A DNA stretch of 64,000 nucleotides from assembly GCA_024679065.1 (NCBI GenBank), contig JAGIQG010000011.1, positions 39,432,001 through 39,496,000 on the forward strand, in the 5' to 3' direction. The notes under the pieces are model-generated. The model was not told where the DNA came from. It did no database searches and worked only from the letters and a program-made list of their open reading frames with translations. Position numbers and translations under genes: made by a program. This document shows positions 28,201 to 40,200 of this stretch, piece after piece; position 1 is the stretch's first letter; each line of letters opens with the position of its first letter. This DNA is from Sphyrna mokarran (taxonomy: Eukaryota).

Positions 28201-31200
28201 AGCAACAATAACTACATGCTATGTTGTGGCATCTTTGAAATAACAAAAAGCATCCCCTGTGTTTCACAGAATTGATTAAACAAAAGTGGATATGAACCAA
28301 AGCCAGAGATATTAGGAGAATTGAGAAAAAGCTATGTTGAAAAGATGAGATTTAAGGAGTGTGTAAAAGAAGAAGCAAATGGAGAGTTTTGAAAGAAAAT
28401 TCCAAAACTTGGGACTGAGATGGCTGAAGGTTCAGCCATCATTGGTGGTATGAATAAAGGGGAGGTGACACAAGTGACCTGAGACAGAAGAACACTTCGG
28501 TTCAGGATATGGAATGGTGGTGGAAGTGTTGTAGAGGATTACAGAGAAAGGATATAGGTTATGAAGAAAATAAATTAAGAGAATGAGAATGTTAAACTGG
28601 AGTCTCTAGGAGAACACTACAGGAGTGACGAATGAACTGCACTTCTTGTAAGAGAAGGTGCAAGTAAGGGAGTTTTGAATGAATTGGTTCACAGTGGAGA
28701 AAAAGAAAACTTTGAGATAGTTAAGTCTGAAGGTGACAAAGATATGGAGAAAGATTTCAGCAGAAAGTAGGTTAATGCAAGGGCAACTGCAGAGGCAGGC
28801 AATATTGTGGAGACTGTAGTAGATGATTTTAGTGTTAGAGAGGATATAGGATTGTATGCACAGCTTCTGGTTGAATAATGTGCTGAGGTTATAAACAGAT
28901 TGGTTTAACTTAGGTCAGTGGCTAGCATAAAAAGTGTAATCAGTGGCAAGGATAGAGAGCTATGACTTTGGTTGAAGATGATGATTTCAGTATAACTAAT
29001 TTTAACAGGAGAAATTGTAGCTCAGCCAAGGCTGGGTATTGAAGAAACAGTTTGGTAGCAGAAATGCGGTTCAGTGGTTAAGAAAAGTGATTGAAAGTTG
29101 GAGCTAGGTATCATTATTGTGCATAAAGATGCTGTGTCATGTTTTCAATGATGTTGCCAGGGAAAAAGCAAATGGGAGAACAGAACCGATCATGGATTGA
29201 TGCTTTTGTAACTCAGGCAATGTGTGAGGCCAGGAGGAGAAGCATTTGCTGGAGGAGATTAAATAGATAGGAATGGACTCAAATAAAGGCAAATCCACTG
29301 AGCTGGCCAAAAGATTGGAAGCGTTGGAGGAAAATAGGTATGGTCAACAATGTTAAAGCCAGCAGAGAGGTCAAGGAACACTGGAACCGATAGAGCATGG
29401 TCAGAAAGAATGTGGCTTTAGAGCTGTTATAGTGTTCTAGCAGGAGACAAGAACTTGATTCAAACATGGATTAGTAGAAGGAATAGATGTCGATTTAAGA
29501 GATGAAAGCACCTTCATTACTTTGGAAGGAAAATAAATATTGTAAAAGCAGTAGTTTGCATGGACAAATTAATTCAAACTGGATTTTTGATGTGGGAGTG
29601 GGGATAATGTTGGTAATTTTTAAAAGTATGATAGTAATTGATGGAAGTCTAAATTGGTGTCATGAATGGATTAAGTTCAGAGAGCGCATGAGAAAATATA
29701 GATGAGAAATAAAAAAGAATAGCTGCTCAGATTTAGGGTGGGGGAACTATATGTTATTTAGTTACCATGCAATGAAAAGAGACAGAAGCAACAGGTGAAA
29801 TTGAGCAAACATTCTCAATCTCAATAGCAAAGAAGTTCATGATCTCTTCATATCTTTTGTAGATAATATTGATGAGAATGGGAGGAGAAGTTTAAGGTTA
29901 CCTTTGTTCCAGGGAATATATTTTTAATACAGGAGAGTGAGGCCAATAGCATTTGTTGTGGTTGTCCAACAACCACCAATCGATGGCTAAAGCAGATGTG
30001 TGCCAGGTATGCTCAAGCCCTTTGGAATCAAGAAAATAAAATTAGCGGCTTGTCAAGGAGGATGATCAAGATAGAGCAAATTTGTTTGGCTGTGCCAACA
30101 TTTACTGCCCATTAAGGAGGATATTTTGGTAAGAAACGAGAGGTGGGGCTTAGGTAGGAGGTAGAAAGCCCACTCTTTAAAAGAGGAAAGGGGTTTGGAA
30201 AAAGTTGAGGTGGGAAAAGGAGAAGATACTATGAGATAACGGATCAGTGTGAGATTGGAGAATGTGGACAATGTGGGGGTGGTAAATGGTAGAACTTATA
30301 TCTTTGCAAAGGATGATGTTACCATCTGAAACCCAAGTTTCTGTTATTAGCAGGTTGTCAATATTATCAACATTAACATATTGTCAAGTTTATAGATGAC
30401 AAGGACCTTTTCACAAGTGAATGGAAATTCTGATGGTTGTTCAACAAGCTGCTGTGATTGTTGACTATCTGTGTCTGGGGGCATTGGTGGGTAAAGTGAG
30501 TGGGAAGAGAAGGACATTGGCAAAATTATTTCTGAGTATTGAGAGAGCAATGGGAAAAGGTGATGAAACAGTTGTAATTGTTGCTTATAATGAGCCAGAG
30601 GTCAGTGCCTAATATTTAATATTAGTATTATATAAAAAAAACCGGGGCAGAGATGAAAATGTTGTTAATTGGTTCATTCATTTTGGTGCAAGGACATGGG
30701 AGCATAATGAGAGGTATTGAATCAGATGCTCATTTAACTTGTGCTCTAATTGCCTTGGGTGGGATGCATACTAAGCTCCTATCCACTAATACCTGTTTAG
30801 CCCTCTTGGCTGACTTTCAAGCAGAGCTTGTAAAATAGAAACGTGAGTTAGTTCCAGTTCTTGACCCTGCATGGCACACACCTATGGAGATGTTCAATGC
30901 TTGAATCAGTTGAAGGGTAAACAGTGGGCTCACCATCTAATGAAGGATGGCAGACTTGCATCCAATGATGGAAGGCAGACTTGCTCCCAATGCTGGAGAG
31001 TGAATGTGAAGTTCTTCCAGCACTCAATGATTGGTTACTCCATCAGTTGAGGCAGTAACTGCTAATCTGAAGATGGCAACAAGTAAAGATAAGTTTATTA
31101 GTCTGGTGTGTGGGGCTTCACTCCGTGATCCTTGAATAAGCCTCATGATTAACAATAATTGGCCTCAGTTGAGCAGCTGACAGCAATATGTTCCTAAGAC

Positions 31201-34200
31201 TGCAACATTCAAAATAGCTTTGGGTCAGACTCATGGCAACTGTCAGAAGCACAAAACTGCATGCCTGTCTGCCTTTAATCTGCAACGCAAACTGATTTAA
31301 AAATTCCTCCCTCTGTCAAAGTTGAATTTCAGTCCACTTTTTCCAACAAGAAACAGTAGACAGGAAAATCTTAATTTTTTCAAACAGCTGTTCAGAAAGT
31401 GGAATACATTGATGTGGTCAACTAAAATTAAGTGTTCAGTAGCTTTTTTGTATATTTATTTAAAACTCCTTCAATTCTTTCTCTCTCTCAGATTTTTTTT
31501 AAAATGAAAGTCATGCAATTTTCTAGTGCTATGATAAAAGAATAAATGGCTATTCAACCATTTTATAATAAATATTAGTTTATTGGAAATGAAAAGCTAA
31601 TGTTTGGCCTTCTTTTCTGTCATTACTTCAGTTGCCGAGCCTCCTTCCTTCAAGGTGGAGCTGGAACCTTGTGCTGTGAAAGCTGGAGAACCTGCTCGAT
31701 TCTGTGGTGTAATAGTTGGCACACCAAAATTAGAAGTATCTTGGTTCAAAGATAGCCAAAAGCTTTCCTCAGGATTTAAGCGCAAGTTACTTCATGACGA
31801 GAACCAGTACACTTTGTTACTGATTGAAGCACTCCCTGAAGATGCTGGCACCTACACTTGTGAAGCAAAAAATGAAATTGGGGTAGCTGTTAGTAGTGCT
31901 TCACTTGATGTTGAAGGTACAACTGATTGAGTTAATTTATTTGCATGTTAAGTGCTTTGATATATAATCTTTATGTAATATAGACTGTCTGCTGTTAGTT
32001 ATATACAGGTATGGGGGAAATAAAATTACTCTTTGGTAATGGTGTGATATGAGCAATAGCAAATCGCCAGTCTGTTTTGAAAGCAATGGAAAAGAAAATT
32101 GGACACTGTGTTAAATGTACACTTGATGCCTTTTTTGTTATTGCTCATTTTGTCCTACCGTTTCTATAAATAACAGTTGACTTGAGGTTCTGTGCAATTT
32201 AATCAGCGATGAGCTTCTGCCATCTATTAAAATCTTCAAACTTATGTTGGTGCAGCAATGGATTTTCCTTTACTTTGCATAGTTTTCAAATCTTCATTCT
32301 GATAAGCTAAGATGTGCACACAACATTTTATGAATTATTTATTATTTACAGTTCCAGAAGTTGTTTCTCCTGAGGTAGAGGTACCTGTTTATCCACCAAC
32401 CATCGTAAGCCCGATACAGGACACTTCAACCACTGAAGGAAAATCTGCTCAATTTCAGTGCCGCGTCACTGGAACAGGTATGTTCAATATTTATGTTTCA
32501 GTTTCATCTTTCTTATTTCAGTTTCCAACTTCCACCCCTGAAAAGTTGACTTCTGCTAAGGTTTCACAATGCACTTATAATTTAGCCATTGTCTATATTT
32601 ATGAATTCAGCCACTCACCACAGATGGCATCGCAATTAGCTCCCTGTGCCACCTGTCATTTGTACAATGGAAACATTTTATTTTCAAAATTATAACTCAG
32701 GAAGTGGAAAAAGTTAAGGATAATATCCCATACCCAAGGCTCCTAAAAGAGTTATCTGCAGAGATTTGCGGTTATGATTTTGCAAAATCCCCTAGGTTCC
32801 AGTCAACTGGAAGTTGACAAATGTAATTCCATTATTCAAGGAAGGACGAGGAGAAATTAAGGAACTGCAGGCCAGTTGACTTGACATTTATTGTTGGAAA
32901 AATACTGGAATCTATTATTAAGGAAGTCTTAACAATGACTAGACAAAGTCATTAAAGTTTTGCAAAATTGTGCTTGAAATTTTTTTCAGAAGAGCATAGG
33001 TAACAGGAAACCCAGTTGATGTAATATAGTTGGATTTCCAAAAATAATTTGGTAATGTGCCATGCAAAGGTTTAATGTACAAGCTAAAGATTCTTAGAGT
33101 TGAGAGTAATATGTTAGTATAGATAGAGGATAGGTTAGTGGACAGCAAGCAGAGAGTAGGGTTAAAGGAGACATTTTCAAGTTGACTAGCTGTGACTAGT
33201 GGAGTACCACAAGCGCTGGGGCTCAACTATTTACAATCTATATTAATGAATTATACAAATAGATCAAGGGCACGATTCACGCCACACTCCTGCTGTAGCG
33301 AGGTCAGAGAAGGTGAAATAGTTGACCTTGCCACTGCTGGAATGGGGATTTTGTGGCTGGTCTGTCCTTCTAACCCTGGCACACCTGAATATTGCCCTGG
33401 CATAGTGATTTCAGTCAGCCCTGTGATCAAAACCTGGATTCTTGTCTGTCAGCTGTGAAAATTCTGAAGTGGCCAGTTCGCTTTCATCTCCATGTCTCCC
33501 CTGGTCACCTGGCAGGATTTTAAGTCGTTACAGCATTTCATTCGGCAGCCGAGATTTTCCTTTTACTCTGATCAAAGCTGCAGGTGTGAAGTCCTCTGAC
33601 AAAAAGGAAATGTCAATTTCATCTTGGGCATGCGGGGGCTCCATTCTGTACAGTCATGCACTCAGCCCCAATGTGTGCGCACAATTTTGATTTTCTGAGG
33701 TTTCCTAACAAGATGAAATCTTGAAACCTGTCCATTGCACTTGAAGCCTTTGACCTGCAACAAATTCACTCTGCAGTGCCTCATAAAAGGTTCACCTGAC
33801 AACTCAGTGAACTTCTATCTCCCTCCAACCACCTGTGTTTATTTTTATTTGCCTTCACAGTTAAACACCTCAAGTACCTCATTAATCCTGACCACAATGT
33901 TGACAGAATCTAAGCTTGACTGATAGTTTGTGGTTTAGCTTCCTCTTTTGCAAGCCACTTGAAACAGGAAGTTAGACTACAAACTGTAAATCTGGCTTAG
34001 ACTCTGCCGACATTGTGGTCAGGATCAGTGAGGTGCATTCAACCATCTCAGGTGGTTGGATGATGACAGAGACCCATTGAGCTGGCAGCTGAATTTTTTA
34101 CTGGCACTACCCATTGAATTTATTGCAGATCAAGACTTCAAGTGCAATTGAGAGGGTTTCAACAATTTCAGCTTATTGGAAAGTGTCAGCAATTTCAAAT

Positions 34201-37200
34201 TGAAGTTGTGTGCATACATTGAGGCTTAATGCATATGGAGCAGACTGGACTCCCCAGCCCCAGGTGAAATTGACATCTCCTCTCTGTCAGGGAACTTCAA
34301 ATGGGTCTACTCTCACCTGCAGCTTCTGACAGAGAGAAATGAAAACCTCAGTTGCAGAATGGAATGCTGCAATGACTTAAAATCCTCTTAGGTTACCAGG
34401 CAGTATGGAGGTTAAAGTGACATGGTCACTTCAAAGTTTGCACAGCTGACAACCAGAAATGCAGATATTGATAACAGGGTTGCCTAAAATCATCATGCTA
34501 GGGGTGATCTTCATGTCTGCCACAGTCAGAAGGGGCAGTCCAGTCAAGACCATACCACAACAACCCCCCCCCCCCCGCTTACTGATGGAGAGTGGCGAGA
34601 TCAACCATTTGCATCAGCCTTAATTAACCTAAACTCGAGGACCCTTGAGCGATGTATCCTCTGCAGCCTAGCAGCAGCAGAGTGGCAAATGGCCTCCTCG
34701 TGCCCCTTAGAGCCTAAAGCACTAGGTCAGAGTGCCAAGGTGCCAAGGAACAGTTCATTGTGGCACTTCCAAGGTGCATAGCCTGAAGGAAGACTGAGGG
34801 GGAGCTCTGAGGGGGGAGGAGGGCTGTGTGGGGGGAAGGATCTCAGGTGGAAGACACTGAATGTAAGGTCTGAGAGGAGGTGGGTCAGGTCACCTTATGT
34901 CTGCATGGTATTTTGGGGGGAGGAGTTACCCATTAATTGTGGCTAGAGGGAAGGATGCCCCACTTTGTTAGTGCTGCACTGGTCAGTTGCTGAGCAGGGT
35001 GGCGGGGGGTGAGGATTCTATTCAGGGTTTTTTTAATCTGGGATGGGGATCAGGTGGCTGTCTCCTCGCATGGGGATTGGGGAACCCTTTAAAAATATTA
35101 GCCCAGTCTCTGAACAGCGGGGATGATCGGTGGGATGATCAAAATAAATTTATTAGCATCTTTCAGGTAGCATTGTGATGTCGCTTTTTATCTGAAGCGT
35201 TATTCAAATGTACTGTCAGGGATTGGGTTGCTCTTTTGTAGGAAGGCACATACTTGTGCTCAGAAGAAGACCAGATGAATAACATTAGCCTTTGTTAAGG
35301 GCACTTATCATCAGCACAGAGCTGCCAATATTCCCCATTTCCAAGGTTAACGGACTATTCCTATTTAGTCATAAAAACAGAAGGTGAAAAAATTCCTTTT
35401 ATTCAAAAGCAAAAATAAAGTGATTTCATGGCAATACTTGTTCGTCTCTCAGGATAGAAAATGTAACAAAATGGTGACTTTGAAAATCGAAACACCAGGT
35501 TTTACATCAAATGCTAATGGGAAATTTAAGTCTCTGACATTTTAATACCATTTATTTTCCTGTGCCCTTTTTAAGTGGAAACACCATGGAACCCTAATAA
35601 TCTAAGTGTAGATATAAAAACGTTTTGTATATTCTAGGTTAGTATCTAAACCCCCTCTTTGCTATCTAACTGTCTCTAACTGGTTGCACAATTTTAAGGA
35701 GTTTTCAACAAGTCCTTTTCAACCTTTTTTCTTGGCTTGAAATTTATTAATTAAATTTGATCATTCTACATTCGTTGCAGAAGAATTTTCATTTTACAGA
35801 TTTAAAATACATATTAGCACATTGTATTTGCGATTGAAAAGTCTTTCTCATGTGTGAGGATATTTTGGCAAAATGGTTGTTGGAAATGTCAAACTTTTCT
35901 TGTTGGACGTAATACTGAAACAGTTCTATCCTTAATCTAGCCCTGACTGATATTAAAGCTAGCATTATATTGCTTCCAAAAACCCAACTTTTGTATGTGC
36001 CTGTCTCTATCTCTCTTTACTCTTCAAGACATTCTATGAAATCAATCACATTGATCAAACTTTTGGTCATCTGCTTTGATACTTCACAATGCAGAAAGAT
36101 GTTATTCAGTGCATTATATCCTCACTGCTTTTCTACAAGAGCAACTCCACCATTCCAGTCCTTGCCTTTTTGCTGTAGTTTAGTAGTTTTGTTCTTTTCA
36201 GATAATTATCCAATCCCTTTTCAAAGTCATGATCCGCCTCTAAGGGAATGGATTCATTGCGTGGGGGAAAAAAAGCTTTCCTTCATATCACCTTTGCTTC
36301 TTTTATCATTCATCTTAAATCATTGTTTTGTTTCTACCACTAAGGAAACGGTTTCTCCTTATCCACTATGTGCAGTCCACTCATGATTTTAAACAGCTCT
36401 ATCAAATCCAATATAAGCTGTGCCTTCTTGAAAGAGAGCGGCAAGTGCCTCAACCCTGGAAACACTTTGTGCAAATCTTTTCCTGTGCCCTTTCTAAGGC
36501 ATTCACATCCTTAAGTGTAGTGCCCAGAAATGGACACAAAACTCAAACTGAGCTTGAACCAACATTGAAAAAAAATCACCATAAGTTTCTTCATTTTGCT
36601 CTTCATGCCTCTATTTATAAAGATAATTCCAAATATCTTATTAACAGTGTTCTCAACCTACCCTATCATCTTCAACACCTATATCCAGGTGTCTCTTTTC
36701 CTGCACTCACAATTGTAGTATACTCTTTATATTACCTTTCCTTATTCTTCCTACTAAAATGTATCACTTCATACTTCCCTGCAATAAATTTAATCTGTCA
36801 TCTGCCTGTTTTATCATGTCCTCCTGAAGTCTATCACTATCCCCCTCACGGTTTGCAATATTTCCAATTTTGTATCATTTATAAATTTTGAAATATTGTC
36901 CCTCATATCCAAGCCAAGTTCATCAATATAGATCAAGAAAGCAATGGTTGTAATACTGATCCTTGGGGAAGTTCAGTATATACCTTCCTTCAATCTAAAA
37001 AAAACAATTGTTTGCCACTGCTCTTGTTTCCTGTCACTCACTGAACTTCAAATTCATGCTGTCACTGTTCCTTTTATTCTCTGGACTTTAACTTTGCCGA
37101 CAACTCATACATGTTTCACTTGATCAATCATCTTTTGAAAGTCCATGTACATCACATCAACCCTATTACCCAATCAACTCTTTCTGTTACACCATCAAAC

Positions 37201-40200
37201 ATCTCAAATCAAGCTAAGTAAACACGTTTAATTTTTAACAAATCCATACTTGTTTTTCTTTAATCTAAGTGACTATTAATTTTGTCCCAGGTTATTGTCT
37301 CCAAAACCTTTCCCACCATCAAAGTTAAACCAACTGGCCTGTATTTGTTGGGACTATCTTTAAACTCTTTTTAAATCCTGAATGCAGCATTTGCGATTCT
37401 GCAATTCTTTGGCATCTACATCTAAAGCGGATGGGAAGATTATGACCAATACCTCCATGATTGCCACGCTTGGTATCATCAGATGCATTTGATGGAGTTG
37501 GAGTGACTTGTATAGCACAAGGTCAAATCTTCTTTACTGTTGCTTGTGTGCAGCACCTTGGGAAGTTTTACCAAACTAATGATACTATATATAAATAACA
37601 GGGCTGCAGAGTTTGATTATGTAGTACTAGTGATTTTAGAACTCTGAATTCTAGTTTTATTAGCAAATTACATTCATGGCATTTCTGCACACAGCCAGTG
37701 TGATGTGTATAAAATTCCAATTTAAGAACAATAGGGAGTGTAAGTAAGACAGAAATATGCAGACTAGACAGATTATGATGTTAGCCAGCATCTGACACTG
37801 ATTTGTCAATAAGTGTGCCATTTTAGACCTTGCTTTTCTTATTAATGCCCTCTTTGAAACACACAAAGCTGAACATATGTTCAGCAGCATGAGGGATACC
37901 CCATCAATGTAATTTATAGATCATTTATGTCTTACAGTCAATTGCTGCTGGCTGATCGAATTTTTGGAAGTGCTAAGTGGTATTGCACATGGGACAAATA
38001 TTACTTTTAACTGCAAGGGCTCTGAGTACACCACATCATGGGTAATAATAGCAGTTTCCTTGGGCTGGAGCACGAAGGGAGATGATGCAGAAGCAACAAC
38101 TAAGAAGATGGAGAGGGAGGATGAAGGGAAAGAAGCAAGAGGTATTTACACACCCGCAATCCTCCCCAGCCCTCATCCTAATTCTAGTTATGATGTGGAG
38201 ATGCCGGCATGGGACTGGGGTGGACGCTGTAAGAAGTCTCACAACTCCAGTCTATCTCTCCACTCACCTGATGAAGAAGCAGTGCTCCGAAAGCTTGTGA
38301 TTCCAGATAAACTTGTTGGACTTTAACCTGGTGTTTTGATACTTCTTACTGTAATTCTAGCTAAATCTGGATCAAGTGTCTACAATTTACCAAGGAAATG
38401 GCCAAAGAGCCCTATTTTTTCTTGGGAACTAGACCTGAAGTTTTTGAGCAGGATGAAGACAACGTTGCCAGTGTCTATAATGGTGACTGTGGCACTTAGG
38501 TTTTTCACAACCAGCTCTTTCCAAGCTGGAAAAAGAATGACATGTCTAACACCTGATTCACCTTCCAGTGATAAATGGAAGAAGTGATAGTGCTTCTGTC
38601 CGCCAGAAAATGGGACTTCATTGTGAGAAGCAGGAGGAGCATGCATCTTGCTTTGGAAGGAAAGTGGGCTTCTCTATGGTGCCGGCTGCCATCCGCTGCA
38701 TACATGTGGCTTTAGGGACATTATGTCTGGATTTTCATCATCAGGCAGGCAGTGGGAGTTGAAGAAATTCCTGGCTTGGTTCACCTAGGAGAAATTGCCC
38801 AAAAAGATGGGTTTTAATTGTGGAAGTGTAACTGTGGTTGAGCTGTCATCAGACCAGCTGACCTGGGAATGTTTGAAGGCAGCCCAGGTGATCCAACAGC
38901 CAAATGGATTTTGAGGTTTTTAACCAAGCACTCATAATAAAAGCTTGACTGAGAGCCTAGCAATCTTATTAGACTGTTAAAGCACCTGCTCTTTCAAAGA
39001 AAACATTGCCATAATTCATTGAAGACCTGGTCTGACTCCATGAAATTTTCCCACGATTCATTAAAAACCTGGTCTGACTCCATGAAATAGGCATGGTCTG
39101 ACTCCATGCTTATTCTCGCAGTGGAATTGGCCAAGTCAGAAGTACAGGAAGTAGACTTTGAAACCCTAGGAATGGATCTGGAATTCCTGAATCTGGTCTG
39201 GCCACCATTTGTAAAGGACTTCTACAGCATCCTGACTGGGTGAAAATCCAGGCCTACATTTCAACTGTGAGCTATTCCAAAACCATAAACTCAGGGGTTG
39301 TGTGCCATGCTCAGCACATCATGCCATTGAATGCCTACTGTCCTAGAAGTAGTCATGATGCATTTATTCTATGCCAGTTACAACTGTCTTTCAGCCATCA
39401 GATCAAAACATAGGTGGGCAATGAGATATCTAATTTATATCTGTCTAATGAAATCTCTTTACAAACTAACCACATATGGCAAGCATGCTAGCGTGGGAAA
39501 CATCATTGGGCAGAAGATGGAGTGCTGCAGCATTAGTTATGCTTTCTAGATTATTGTGAAGGAGCCTCCCACTATTGACCAGAGCGGGTATCCATTTTGT
39601 AACGGATGATTACATACCTTATAACCTGGTCATTATGATAGCACAACTCTTGCCACGAGGGATATGGCAGAAAGACTTCAGAAAGAAAAGCAAGAGGACA
39701 GGATGGACTGTATATGAACATGTAATTCAACTTCAGTTCTTGTGAATAATGCCACAAATCTTCATTTTTATAACAAGACACCCAAATACTCCATAAAATA
39801 TTCAGCTAATTACTCTCGTGCATTTCCTTTATGTCTGCCTTCAATGTCCCCATGACTATCCTAGTGCTTCAAGGTGTTAGCTCAGTGATGGCTGCATGAG
39901 CGATGAAAGGTAGGAAATTGCAAACAGCCTTTGAGGGCAGTTTTGAGCAGCTCTGGGCCATGATTCAAACTGCACTGCCTCAGCAGTCTGGGCTGACTGG
40001 CTTACAAGGCAGCAGCAAAAGCACTGGCAAGATGACAGCAATGGAAGTATAAATGCTGTCATCCCGAAAGAGTATAGCACTTGTATGCTCCCAAACTATC
40101 ATTGCTACATCACTTCAGCAATCAAGTAAGCTTCTGGAGGACATATTGCCAGACAGTGAGACCCTGCAACCCCCTTGAACACTGCTGTCTGCAGCCATGT

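Noticed and set aside
35970-36891. Overlapping 138-aa and 187-aa + strand ORFs
   Set aside because: Antisense to a decayed CR1 LINE; no recognisable protein features.
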